From: Rebecca billardiae RCC1528
Taxonomy: Eukaryota; Protista; Haptophyta
Assembly: GCA_965240325.2 (NCBI GenBank)
Contig: OZ251251.1
Span: forward strand, 1 to 64,000
Length of the DNA: 64,000 bases
Direction: 5' to 3'
Shown here: positions 10,462 to 21,227 of the stretch, one piece after another
Position numbering within the stretch: position 1 is the stretch's first letter
How the letters are laid out: every line of letters begins with the position of its first letter
The notes under the pieces: model-generated
Databases searched by the model: none
What the model saw: the letters and a program-made list of their open reading frames with translations, nothing else
Told to the model about the DNA's origin: nothing
Program-made: the position numbers and the translations under genes

Positions 10462-12429
10462 ATGGGCTGCGGCGCGAGCACGCCCAAGCCCACGCCCGCA
10501 CACGAGGCGGGCGGCGGCGCGGCGCCCAAGCAGCCGCCGGGCGGCGCGGCGGCCGTCGGCGCGCGCCGCGAGTCCGACGCGAGCAGCGCCGACGACGGCG
10601 CCGCGCCCGAGCGCGCGCCGCCGCGCAAGCCCGCCGCCGAGCAGCCGCCGCCGGCGCCCGCCGCCGCCGCCGCGCGCGCCGCGGCGCCGGGGCGCCCCGG
10701 CTCGACCATCTCCGCCGTGCAGGCCGCGACGAGAGCCGCCGCGGAGGACGACCTCGACGACGACGGCGCCGCGCTCAACGCCGACGAGGCGCGGCTGCGC
10801 GCGCTCGGCGTCGACCGCGGCGCGGCCGCGAACGCGCGCGCGCGCGCGTTCGCCGAGGGCGCGGCGAGCGCGATGAACGAGCCGGTGCCGCTGCGCGGCG
10901 TGCTCTCGAGCAGCAGCGCGGGAGGATCGGGCCGCGGCGCGCCGCCGCGCCGCGCGCACGCGCCCGCGCAGGCGCCGAGCCGCGCCGTGCCGCCGCCCGA
11001 CGCCGCCGCCGCCGCGGCGGGTGCGGGCGGCGCGTCGGTGCCGGAGGAGGCGGAGGAGGCGGAGGACGAGTTTGTGCTCGTCGACGTCGAGCGGGACGCG
11101 CCCGCCACGCCGCCCGCCGCTGGGCCGACCCCCTCGCGCGGCGACGCGCCCGCCGAGCCGCGACCAACGCCGCCGCGTGCCGCGCCGCTCGCCGCGCCGC
11201 CGCCGGTTGCGACCCCGGCGGCGGAGGCGGCGCCGCCGCAGCCGTGGCGCGGCGGCGGCGCGGCTGCGGCAGCGGCGCCGGATCCGCCGCCGGCCGACGC
11301 GGTGGTCCCGCTGGCGCGTGCCGGGAGCGGCGCGGACGCGGGCGGCGCGTGGCAGCCGCCGCAGCAGCCGCCACAACAGCAGCAGCCGCCGCAGCAGCAG
11401 CCGCAGCAGCAGCAGCCACCGCCGCAGCCGCCGCAGTCGGAGCTGCCGCCGCCGCAGCCGCCGGCGCCCTTCTCGCGCGGCGACAGCGCCGGCTCGCTCC
11501 CGCCCATCCTCAGCGGCAGCCTCGGCGGCAGCGTTGGCGGCAGCGTTGGCGGCAGGCGCGGCAGCGGCGCCGGCCTCCCCAGCTCAGCGCTCGCGCCCGC
11601 AAGGCCCGACTCGTTCAAGCTGGCGCACTCGCACGGCCATGGCGGCCGGCGCGGCAGCGGCGGCAGCCTGGGCAGCAGCGGCGGCGGCGCCGAGGGCGGC
11701 GCGTGGGGCGCCGACGGCGCAGAGCAGCCCGCGCACGTGCCGCCGCCGCACGCGGAGCAGCGCAGGCTCAGCGGCGGCGCAGGGCTCGGCTCGCGCGGCG
11801 GCTCCTTCTCCAAGCTGCCCGCCATCGCCGCGCGCGCGCCGCTCGACGTGCGCCAGCCGGCGCAGCAGCAGCCGCAGCAGCAGCCGCAGCCGCGGCGGCC
11901 TAGTGCCGGTGGCGCGGCCGAGCCACCTGAGACGCACGGGCCTGGCCAGCGCGCGCGCGACTCGGTGGGCGCGGCGGCGGACGGCGGCGTGGACGGCGGC
12001 GGCGGCGGCGCGCGCGACGGCGCTGGCGCGTGGGGGCACGCGCCACCCCGCGGCGCGGAGGCCGAGCGCGCGGCGCTCGCCGACGGCGCGGCGGCGCCGC
12101 CGGGCCGCGCCGACGCGCGCGCGTCCGCCGCCGCCGCCGGCCTCGGCGCGGCTGAGGGTCCGGACCCGGGGCCGAGTCCGGCTGAGGGTCCGGAGGAGGA
12201 GGACGAGCTGCGCCTCGAGACGGCGGGCGACGCGGACGACGGGCTGGGCGGCTCGCTGTGGGGCACGACGCACCTCGGCAGCGGCACGCGGCGCTCGACC
12301 GCCAGCAGCGCGCTCTGGGGCAGCAGCGGCGAGCTGGACGCGAGCGGCCCGCTCGCCAGCCCGCCGCCGCCCTCCGGCCCGGGCGACACGGCCGCGCCGC
12401 CGCCGGGCGTGGGGTACGACATGTGGTGA
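10462..12429 (+). CDS. Low-complexity 655-aa protein with N-terminal MGCGAS myristoylation/palmitoylation signal
   Basis: Single ORF with GC3-rich codons. Begins MGCGASTPK, a classic dual-acylation motif. No recognisable globular domain. Confidence 0.7.
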   Translation: MGCGASTPKPTPAHEAGGGAAPKQPPGGAAAVGARRESDASSADDGAAPERAPPRKPAAEQPPPAPAAAAARAAAPGRPGSTISAVQAATRAAAEDDLDDDGAALNADEARLRALGVDRGAAANARARAFAEGAASAMNEPVPLRGVLSSSSAGGSGRGAPPRRAHAPAQAPSRAVPPPDAAAAAAGAGGASVPEEAEEAEDEFVLVDVERDAPATPPAAGPTPSRGDAPAEPRPTPPRAAPLAAPPPVATPAAEAAPPQPWRGGGAAAAAAPDPPPADAVVPLARAGSGADAGGAWQPPQQPPQQQQPPQQQPQQQQPPPQPPQSELPPPQPPAPFSRGDSAGSLPPILSGSLGGSVGGSVGGRRGSGAGLPSSALAPARPDSFKLAHSHGHGGRRGSGGSLGSSGGGAEGGAWGADGAEQPAHVPPPHAEQRRLSGGAGLGSRGGSFSKLPAIAARAPLDVRQPAQQQPQQQPQPRRPSAGGAAEPPETHGPGQRARDSVGAAADGGVDGGGGGARDGAGAWGHAPPRGAEAERAALADGAAAPPGRADARASAAAAGLGAAEGPDPGPSPAEGPEEEDELRLETAGDADDGLGGSLWGTTHLGSGTRRSTASSALWGSSGELDASGPLASPPPPSGPGDTAAPPPGVGYDMW

Positions 12430-12566
12430 GCCCTTGTGGTGACGAGCGCGCTGGCCGCTGCTCGGCAGTGCTGCCCCGTGCTGCCCGGCGCCGCATTCTG
12501 CTGAGTGCTGGAGTGCCGCCCGCGCCGGTGCCCACCCGGCTGATGCGGCGACAGCGCAGCACTATC

Positions 12567-12567
12567 A

Positions 12568-12614
<47 letters not shown>
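12567..12614. repeat. (AT)n microsatellite
   Basis: About 24 AT dinucleotides with one interruption, between two convergent genes. Confidence 0.95.
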
Positions 12615-12618
<4 letters not shown>

Positions 12619-12983
12619 CTTGACGACGATGATATGACGCGCGACGTCAGCAATCATATCATATCATCGATTCATCGACGCGACGACCGGACTGCGCTAG
12701 TAGTGCTATACGCTCGGGCCTGATAGGCCGCCGCTATCACTGCTGCTATATATGTGATATGCGCTGATGCCTCTCGCGGACCCGGTCTTATAGCAGTAGG
12801 CAGTCCATGGCTTCGGTTCCGCAACCCCCGTGCCCGAGAGACGGGCACTCGTCACGGCCGCGTACTACAACACGCGCACGCGCGGCCGGGCGGCGGGCTC
12901 CGTGCACACCCGGGCACTCGTTTTGGCACCGAGGCGGCGCGCGCCCATCGCCGCTCATCACTTCGCAGCAGCAGCGGAGATGA

Positions 12984-14453
12984 TCAGCACGCGCCCTCCC
13001 CGTCCACGCCCGCTGTGCACACAGGCGGCAGCAGCCGCTCGATGCGCGTAGGCGTGGTTAGGTCGTCGCGCTCATCGTCTGCACGGCTCTTGCCGAGGCC
13101 GAGCTCAGCCGAGTGCTGGCCGCACGCGTACACGGCCCCGTCTGCGGTGGCGTACAGCGCGTGGTAGCTGCCGAAGGCGCAGCTTGCACCCCGCCCCGGC
13201 AGCAGCGCTTTTGCAGGCGCACTCGCGGAAGGCGCGCTCGGCACGGGCCCGAGCCCCAGCTGGCCGTTGCTGTTGTTCCCAAACGCGTGCACGCTGCCGT
13301 CCGCGCACAACACCGCGCTGGTGCGATAGCCAGCGCTGGCGCGCACGGCACGCATGCCACCCAGTGCTTCGATGCGTGTGGGCACCGGACGACGCAGCTC
13401 GACACCGTGGCCGAGCGCGCCACCGCCACCGCCCCCGAAGGAGTGCACGCCGCCCGCTGCGTCCACCACCAGGCTGTGCACTGAGCCCGCGCTCACGTGC
13501 ACAATGCGCACGCCAGCAAGCGCCTCGATGCACCTAGGCGTGTGCTGATCCTGCTCGTCACCGTGGCCAAGGCGACCAGCATTGGCAATCCCGCACGAGT
13601 ACACGGCGCCGCACGCCGCGAGCAGCAGCGTGTGCAGTTGGCCAGCGGCCACGCCGCCCACGCGCACGCCGTCCAGCGCCTCGATGCGCGTCGGCTCCAG
13701 CCGAACCTTCGTGTCGCCGTGGCCGAGCTGGCCGTAGATGTTGTTGCCCCAGCTGTACGCGCAGCCAGCTGCGGTGAGCGCGAGGCTGTGGTACCCACCG
13801 GCCATAATGCCCACGACGGCTGCACCGTGCAGCGCCCTGCCGGGAGCAAACGAACGCCGCTCCTCCGTGTCCCCCAGCCCGAGCTGGCCGTAATTGTTGC
13901 TGCCACAGCCGTACACGGCGCCGGCCTCGCTCAGCGCGAGCAGGTGCTCCAGGCCAGCGGAGACGGCGCAGATGCGCACGGCCGCGAGCGAGGCGACGCG
14001 CGTGGGCACGCGCACATCGGGGCTCTCCGTATGCCCGATGGCCACGTGCGTCCGATACTCATCTGTCGCCCACCCATTGTTCAGCACCGCCTCCTCGCCG
14101 CACGTGTGCAGCCCGCCCTCCGCGTCCACAAACGCGCTAAAGCCGTCGCCGGCAGCCAACGGGGAGGCGTGCGCGCGCGCAAGCACGTGCACGCTCTCGC
14201 GCGCGAAGAGCTCCTCCCGCCAGCTGCACACGCGCGCTGGCAGCACAGCCGGCAGCGCGTGCGCGTGCCCGCGAGCCCGCGCGCGCTCGCGCAGCGCGTG
14301 CTCGACCGGCGAGCGGCCGCCCGGCGCGCCGCGGAAGAGGCGGGCGGTGGCGTTGGCGGCGGCGAGGTCCGATGGCGACAGGGCGGCGCAAAGCACGCGC
14401 TCGATCACCTCCGCGGGCAGGTCGGCGAGGCGCGTCGCCGTCGTGGTGGCCAT
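12984..14453 (-). CDS. F-box + RCC1 (7-blade beta-propeller) protein, intronless; dispersed paralog of the 50-59 kb array
   Basis: F-box-like LADLPAEVIERVL..LSPSDLAAANATARLF. Seven RCC1 repeats (e.g. SAGLEHLLALSEAGAVYGCGSNNYGQLGLG; AGGYHSLALTAAGCAYSWGNNIYGQLGHG). Confidence 0.9.
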   Translation of the reverse strand: MATTTATRLADLPAEVIERVLCAALSPSDLAAANATARLFRGAPGGRSPVEHALRERARARGHAHALPAVLPARVCSWREELFARESVHVLARAHASPLAAGDGFSAFVDAEGGLHTCGEEAVLNNGWATDEYRTHVAIGHTESPDVRVPTRVASLAAVRICAVSAGLEHLLALSEAGAVYGCGSNNYGQLGLGDTEERRSFAPGRALHGAAVVGIMAGGYHSLALTAAGCAYSWGNNIYGQLGHGDTKVRLEPTRIEALDGVRVGGVAAGQLHTLLLAACGAVYSCGIANAGRLGHGDEQDQHTPRCIEALAGVRIVHVSAGSVHSLVVDAAGGVHSFGGGGGGALGHGVELRRPVPTRIEALGGMRAVRASAGYRTSAVLCADGSVHAFGNNSNGQLGLGPVPSAPSASAPAKALLPGRGASCAFGSYHALYATADGAVYACGQHSAELGLGKSRADDERDDLTTPTRIERLLPPVCTAGVDGEGAC

Positions 14454-14568
14454 GGTTGTCTTGCTGCTCTTCTGTGCGATGGCTGGGCCGGCGAGTGCGG
14501 CGACCGCCGAGGCGCCGACGGCCGACCGGGCTCAACCGGCACTGAGATTCGAGAACGCTCGGACAGAA

Positions 14569-16536
14569 ATGGCGGCCGCGCGGCCGGCGGCGGCGCCGCT
14601 GCTGCTGCTGCTGCTGCTGCCGCGGCCGCGCGGCGCTCGGCCGGCGGGCAGCGGCCCGGCGCCGGGCGAGGGGCCCGACGACGCGGCGCGCGCCGCCTGG
14701 GCCGACGCGCTGCGCCGCGCGCCCGCCGACTCGGCGGCGATGGCGGCGCACTCGGCCGCGGCGGTCGCGGCGGCGCTCGGCGAGCACTACCCCGCCGTCG
14801 AGCCGGGCACGGCGGGCGCGGAGGTGCGCGCGTGGGCGGCCGGCGGCGACGAGACGCGCCGCCTCCGCGCGCGCCGCCTCCTCCTCGCCGTCGCCGACGT
14901 CTCGCGCGCGCTCGGCGCCGGGTGCAACGGCTCGCGCGCCGACGCGGTGTACGCCGCGATGGCGTTCGGGCGCGGCTGCCTCGAGAGCGCGGCGGAGCGC
15001 GCGGCGGCGGCGGGCGCACCGTACGGCGGGCGCACCGTGCCGTGCTCCGCCGTCCCCGCCCTCGCCGCCGCCACCGAGCGCGCCTGCCCCCCTCTGCGCG
15101 CCCTCCGCGCGCGCGAGTTTCCGTGGCACTGGCACCCGATGCTGCCGCACGCGCGCGCGCCCGACGCCTACTACTACGCCCGCGCACGCGCGCGGGGCGA
15201 GGACACCCGCAGCGGCGCGGGCGGCGAGGGCGGCGGCGCGTACGCCGACGCTGCGGGCGGCCGCTCCCCGGGCGCCGCGCGCGCGCGCGCGCAGCACGCG
15301 CGCAGCGGCGGCAGTCGCAAGCCCGGCGGCGGGGGCGGCGGCCCCGCCAACGTCTCGGCCGCGGCGCGCGGCGCGACGGCGACGGCCGGCCCCGCCAGCG
15401 CCACCCACCGCCCCGCGGCCTGCGCCCGCTTCGAGGTGGCGCACCTGCACGACCACGCGCCCGGCCCGCCGTGGCTCTACGCCGCGCCCGGCTCGGGCGC
15501 GTGGTTCGACCCGGGCGCGCGCTGCGCCATGTTCAACAACGCGGTCGACGCGGCGATCGGGCTGCACGGGCTGCGCGCGACCGCGGCGGCGCTGGCGGGC
15601 GTGGGTAGCGGCGACGCGCGGTACGAGTTCCGGCTGCTGCACGGCGGCCTCACCCTCGAGGCGGCGCTGCTGCGCGCGGCGAGCGCGAGGGACCGCCACC
15701 AGGGCCTCGCAGCGGTGCCCCTCGCGCTGAGCGCTCTGCTGCTGGCGCCGCCGGGCGCGCGCCCCGCGCCGCGGCGGCGGCGGCGGCAGCAGCAGCAGGC
15801 CGGCGGTGGCGCGGCGGTGGAGCTGCCGCCGCCGCCGCCGGACAGCCTGCTGCTGCTCCGCCAGTTCGACCACGGCCACCACGTGCTCTGGACCGAGCCC
15901 GGGCTGCGCGGCTTCGACCGCGCCCTTGCGTACACCTACCTCTACAACGCGAGCAGCGGCGCGTGCATTGGCCAGGCCGCCCTCGAGCGACACCTCTACT
16001 ACGCGCCCGAGGTGGTCGCGCTGCGCGTGGCGCGGGAGGCGGGCTGGGGCGGGCCGGCCGACACGCGCGTGCGCTCGTGGGGCCGCGCGCTGCTGCGACA
16101 CCTCAGCGCCGACGCGGCGGGCGCCCAGCCGTGCGCAGCGCACGCGCGCGCCGACACGTGCGTCGCGTGCACGGCGCGCGCGCGCGCGCTCTGCGCGTGC
16201 GGCACCTTCACCGGCAGCGGCGCGCGGATGGAGCGGCTGGCCAAGTGCTGCGAGCGCGCGCGCGCGCGCGGGTGGGCGCCGCGCGCTCGCGGTGGCAAGG
16301 CGGCGCCCGCCGCCCCGCCGCCAGCGGCCACGACCAACGGCAGCCGCGGCAGCGATGGGCGGGGCGGCCGCAGCACGCGGCATGGCGGCAGACCAGAGGC
16401 AGTGCCGCTGGACGAGGCCCAGTGGCCAAGTGACCGTCCGGCCCATCCGCCGCGCGGCGGATACTTCCCGCCGGCCGACGACGATGGCCCGTACAGTGAT
16501 GCAGTACTCTCGGCGCACTCGACGGCCGGACTCTGA
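14569..16536 (+). CDS. Putative secreted/membrane protein of unknown function
   Basis: ATG 14569 followed by hydrophobic PLLLLLLLP (signal-peptide-like). Globular-looking block FEVAHLHDHAPGPPWLYAAPGSGAWFDPG, YYAPEVVALR and a Cys-rich C-terminal part. Head-to-head with the F-box gene (115 bp gap). Confidence 0.65.
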   Translation: MAAARPAAAPLLLLLLLPRPRGARPAGSGPAPGEGPDDAARAAWADALRRAPADSAAMAAHSAAAVAAALGEHYPAVEPGTAGAEVRAWAAGGDETRRLRARRLLLAVADVSRALGAGCNGSRADAVYAAMAFGRGCLESAAERAAAAGAPYGGRTVPCSAVPALAAATERACPPLRALRAREFPWHWHPMLPHARAPDAYYYARARARGEDTRSGAGGEGGGAYADAAGGRSPGAARARAQHARSGGSRKPGGGGGGPANVSAAARGATATAGPASATHRPAACARFEVAHLHDHAPGPPWLYAAPGSGAWFDPGARCAMFNNAVDAAIGLHGLRATAAALAGVGSGDARYEFRLLHGGLTLEAALLRAASARDRHQGLAAVPLALSALLLAPPGARPAPRRRRRQQQQAGGGAAVELPPPPPDSLLLLRQFDHGHHVLWTEPGLRGFDRALAYTYLYNASSGACIGQAALERHLYYAPEVVALRVAREAGWGGPADTRVRSWGRALLRHLSADAAGAQPCAAHARADTCVACTARARALCACGTFTGSGARMERLAKCCERARARGWAPRARGGKAAPAAPPPAATTNGSRGSDGRGGRSTRHGGRPEAVPLDEAQWPSDRPAHPPRGGYFPPADDDGPYSDAVLSAHSTAGL

Positions 16537-17939
16537 TACTAACTCGTCCCGGCGATAGCCGACCCGCGATATAGCCGACACGCCGCCTAGCCCTACTCGA
16601 CTCGACTCTAGTCTCTACTCGTCGCTCGGATGATGCCGGCCGTTAGCGTGCATTATTGAGTCTGCAGTGCTCGGTTACGGACTGAAGACTAGCCAGCAGC
16701 GTGCGGGCGGCTGCGGTGCCGCGGCGACGGTGCTCCCCGCCTCCCGTGCTGAGTTGCCGATCGAGTGCCGCCACGACGACTCGACTCGGACAACCTACCT
16801 GCTCGTCCGACGCCGCCCGCCGGCCGCGGCGGATACACGGTGCTGCCGAGTGCCGTGCTGATGTGACTGACGACCGACAATCGGCCCATCAGCGCGGCTC
16901 GCCGGCGGCTCACGGTCACTGCTGCTCAGCAGTAGCAGTGCTCATCTGCTATATATACCGATGATGATAGTAGGCTGCTAGCTGCTTATTCATTATTGAT
17001 GACTAGCAGTCATCACAGTAGCGCTCAGATATCGCGTCGTCGTCATTATATCGATATCAGTGCGGAAGTCTAGCGGCCTGTTTTGAGAGCCCAACGGCGA
17101 CATCCGCCAAAACGCGGCAAAATGGAGGCTGCTGCTTGGCCGCTGGTGCGGTGCCGGCGCGATTGCGGAGTACTGATGGCACGTCGTTGGCGCATTCTCG
17201 TACTAGCGCGCTGACCTGTAGCGAAAGATGTTGCCATGGCATGCTGCTTAGCCTTGCCTGGTGCTTCGCCCTGACACAGGGGTCAGTCGCTGCGCACGGT
17301 TGTGTGACGATCGTCGCCGAGGTGGCAGCTGCGGGCTTGCTGCAAGCTGCAGGCACTCTACCTTGGCTACGTCGCGCCCGTGTCAGTTGGCGACTCTGAA
17401 CAGGTGATGAACAGATAGACTGCAATCGCCACCAGCTCTGCAAGCTCCTCCGCCACTACTTTGTCGGGCTTGAGATGCTTCCGTTGCGTGCCGCTCGCAT
17501 GCAGCTTGCCGCCTGCATTTGAACGTGATCGTGGCAGGCTGGTTGACGTGGATGCTCAGGCCTCGTCGGCGTAGACTACGATAGGATGCGTGCAACGCGC
17601 ACTCATGACGCGCGGAAAGGCATGCACACGCGTTCTCGCGCATCTGGCAGGCTGCAGCCTTGGCCAAGATGAAGAACAAGCCTGCCAGTGCCTCGCCGCG
17701 CGAGCGCGAGCGCGCGGAGAGTTCTGCGATCCGACCCATGGTGTTGGATGTACCTCGTGTGCGACGACGACGAGGCGGACGAGCGCCGCAACTGGATGCG
17801 TGCACTCACCGGTCACCGAGGAGTGCACGAATCGCATTCCTCACGCACGTGGAGGCCGCCATCGGCCGTGAGAGGTACATCCAACGGGGCGTGACACCGA
17901 TTCCCACTGGCGGGCACGGGTTTGTCGCCGTGAACATAG

Positions 17940-18750
17940 TAAATGGAATCTGGTATATCTAGAAATAAAACAGGCCTATAGCTCATGCACTGATGATTAG
18001 TGGCGCTGCTACTGCTTATGGCCCGCGGTGTAGGGCGGAGCGCGTAGCGTGGAGCCCCGCCGGGGGCCCTCACTACGTTGTCAAAAAGATCTTTTGATCA
18101 AAGAAAAGGGGACGGGGGACGATTTTGAGGGCTGTCGGAGGGTGAGTTTTCGCTTTTTTGAGGGGTACCTTGGCCCATTGCTCTGCATTAGCCAGACGCA
18201 TTGACGAAATAGCCGCGCCCACGACTCCAATTCCGTATCTACGGACGGACGTGAGTAATACGTAACCGCTGGACGTGCCTTTGTCAGTATATCTGGGTAG
18301 TGAACGAATATCTAGCTGCGCGATTTGTTGTAAATATTCGTCATACGGAACAAAACTTGGTCGCCAGCCCGGGACCAACCGGACCCAGGGCCGGACGTGT
18401 TTTTTAAAAGTGCATGTGCACGGGGGTCCTACAGTAGCAGGGTATTCTACCAAGGGGGTTCCCGCTCAATCTTCCGACGATACGGTTGAACGTGCATGGT
18501 CGTAAATACTAAATGGACATGGTTCCCGCGGAAGCCACTAGCTACAGTTTACTATGATTTAACGTGCACACTTGGTTAAGGCGTGATTAACGCCAGAGGG
18601 CGCACTGCAGATGAAAAGATGATCACTCCGTACCCCCATAAGGGCGCACTGCAGATGAAACTTGATCACTCTCCGTACCCCCATAGTAGGGTATTCGTGA
18701 TACGAATATACAGCACGCAGACGAAATTGCACTTGGGGCAAGGCCCTTGA
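17940..18750. mobile_element. AT-rich island, probable non-autonomous TE remnant(s)
   Basis: Abrupt GC drop. Contains a 53-bp sequence (18543-18595) repeated at 59519-59571, a 2x ~44-bp direct repeat (18597-18685) and hairpin TATTCGT-gat-ACGAATA (18692-18708). No transposase seen. Confidence 0.4.
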
Positions 18751-19199
18751 TTGACGACTCGCGCCGGTGACGCCGGCGCGACCGCGACGCGTGGAACTGC
18801 GGAGCCCTTGACTCGGACCGCCGGGACCGCGTGCGTGCGCGTGCCGCCGCAGTACGCCGCGGTGCGCGAGGTGGTGGCGGGGGCCGGCCGGCCGCTGCCT
18901 CTCGCCCTCGCACTCTGCTCTCCCCGAGCGCGCCTGTCGCCTCGCAGGCCCCGCGTCTACTCCGTCTCGCCCGGCCCTCGCACTCCGCTCTCGCCGAGCG
19001 CGCCCACCGGTCCGTGTCGTCTCGCCGGGCCGCGTGGCCGAGTCACGCCGAGTCGGCGCCGGCGCCCAACAACCTACCCGCAGGCGCGTTCGTCGCTCGA
19101 GGAGGAGCGAAGGGCGAGCCGAGTCCGAAGCACTACGCGAGCTCGTCGCTTGAGGAATGGGGACGGGAGCGTGCCGCGACGGCACGCCGCAGCGGCCAG

Positions 19200-19712
19200 A
19201 TGAGCCGGATGCGCCCGGAGCTAGTAGTGCGGCTGAAGGGCGAGCTCGAGCTCGCGAGCTCGAGAGCGCTCCTCGACGCCGAGCGCGAGCTCCTCCTCAA
19301 CTCGGTCGTCGACCGCGCCGGAGGTGCAGCAGCAGCAACTCGGCGAGCACGCACGGCCACGGGCTGCTGCCGATTGGCACGCCCTTTCCGCGCTGGCCGC
19401 CGCCGCTGCGTGGCTTCGAGGCCGACGTGGCGGACGAGGAGGCGGCGGGCGAGCACGGCGCGGCGCGGTGGAGCAGGCGCGCACGCGCGGCGGCAGGCGC
19501 CACGCGCCGCTCGCCTCGTTCCACTCCGAGCTCCGCTCGGTCTCGCCTCTGGCGATCGGTGCGCGGCTGCGCAGCGCACCGGGGCCGCGGGGCCAGCAGT
19601 GCCCGCTGGCCGAGTGGCGCGCGCTCTCGCTCTGCCCGGGCACGAAGCGCGCCGGCTGAGCGACCAGCGGCCCGTCGTCGAGCGCATGGCGCAGCGCGAG
19701 CACCTCAAGCAG
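19200..19712 (+). pseudogene. Possible frameshifted gene fragment
   Basis: Coding-like segments (MSRMRPELVVRLKGELEL..LLNSVVDR; LASFHSELRSVSPL; RLSDQRPVVERMAQREHLKQ followed by a GTGCGC donor) fall in different frames without obvious introns. Confidence 0.25.
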
Positions 19713-20203
19713 GTGCGCCCGCACGCCCGCCCGCGCCGGCCCGCGCCGCGCGGCGCCTCTCGCCCTGCGCGCGCGCGCCGCCCCGGCGGCCGCGCTTCCC
19801 GCCGCGCGGCCCGCGGCGACAGTCCTCGGCCCGCCATGTCAGTCAGAGTGTCAGACTGATCGACAGCAGCCGACGGAGGTTGCACCGCGGGCCCCTAACT
19901 GACGACGCAGTTGGTTCTACGGAAGGACCGCGGAACGCGGTCCTAATAATGCGCTTATATTTATATACTCCGATGACGCTGCTATGTACGGATGAGCGAG
20001 GCGACGGTCTGACTCTGACGGAGCCGCGGCCCGGCCGGCACCGGCACCGGCACCGGGCGCGGCGGCACGGCCGCTCCACCGCTGCCACCGCGCGGGGGCG
20101 GACTGACTGGCGCTCGCCGGGCTCATGAGGGCTGCAAGTGGCGCCGCGGCCTGGCAGGGCGCGCCCGCGCCGGCGCCCGCCCTCCACTCCCCCCGTCAGG
20201 GCG

Positions 20204-20515
20204 TCAGGGGTTCGGGTCGTCGAGGGACTCGAAGATGTTGTGCAGCAGCTCGCAGAAGGAGTCCACCTGCACACAGAAATAAGAGGGCACAGCACACGCA
20301 CACACACACACGGCACAGCGGCACAGCGGCACAGCGCGCGCGGAGGAGAGTGCGGTGCGGTGCGCTGAGCGGGCGGCGGCGAGTGCGCGCGGCGCGCGCG
20401 GCGCGCGCGCACGGACGCGCGCGCGCGCGCACCTTTGGCATCGAGCCGAAGCGCTGCACCGACTTGACGCGCGGCAGCGCCGGGCCGTGGCCGCCGCCCG
20501 CCGGCCCGCCGCCCG

Positions 20516-20551
<36 letters not shown>

Positions 20552-21128
20552 AGGCGACGGCGCGCGACTCGGCGGCGAGCTGCGCGGCGGTGCAGCCGCC
20601 GCTGCCGCCGCTGCCGCCGGACGAGCCGCGCGCCACGCCCGGCGCCATCCCGCCCAGCCGGTCCCTCGGCGCCGCGAACAGCGACGTCCCCACCTTGTGC
20701 GGCAGTGGCACGCCGCGCTGCTCTGAGCCCAGCACCGGCGGCGGCGGCTGCATCAGGCCGGGGGCGCACGGCGCGCCGCCGCCGAGTCCGGGCGGCGTGT
20801 CGGGCGAGGCGGCGGCGGCGCCCGCCGCGTCGACGCCGATCGCGGCGAGCGCCTGCAGCGTGTTGATCCGCTTGAGCCCGCCGCCGCCGCCCGCGCCGCC
20901 GCCCTGCCCCTGCGCCCCCTGTGGCCCGCCGCTGCCGCCCGACGCGCCGCGCCCGAGCGGCGACGGCTGCGCTGGCAGGTTCGCAGGCCCCGTGGAGTGC
21001 TTGGCGATTGGGTGGGCGCCATGCTGCGCGGGCGGCGGCGCGGAGGACGCGGCGGGCGGCGGCTGCGCGGACGAGAGGTTGAGCCCGAGCGCTGCGATCA
21101 GGTCCTGCGTCGACGCCGAGTTTACCAG

Positions 21129-21187
<59 letters not shown>

Positions 21188-21196
21188 CGGCCGAGT

Positions 21197-21227
<31 letters not shown>

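Noticed and set aside
13894-14568. 5' part of ORF 13894-16536
   Set aside because: It is antisense to the F-box/RCC1 gene. The plausible start is 14569 (or 14479), ahead of the hydrophobic signal-like segment.
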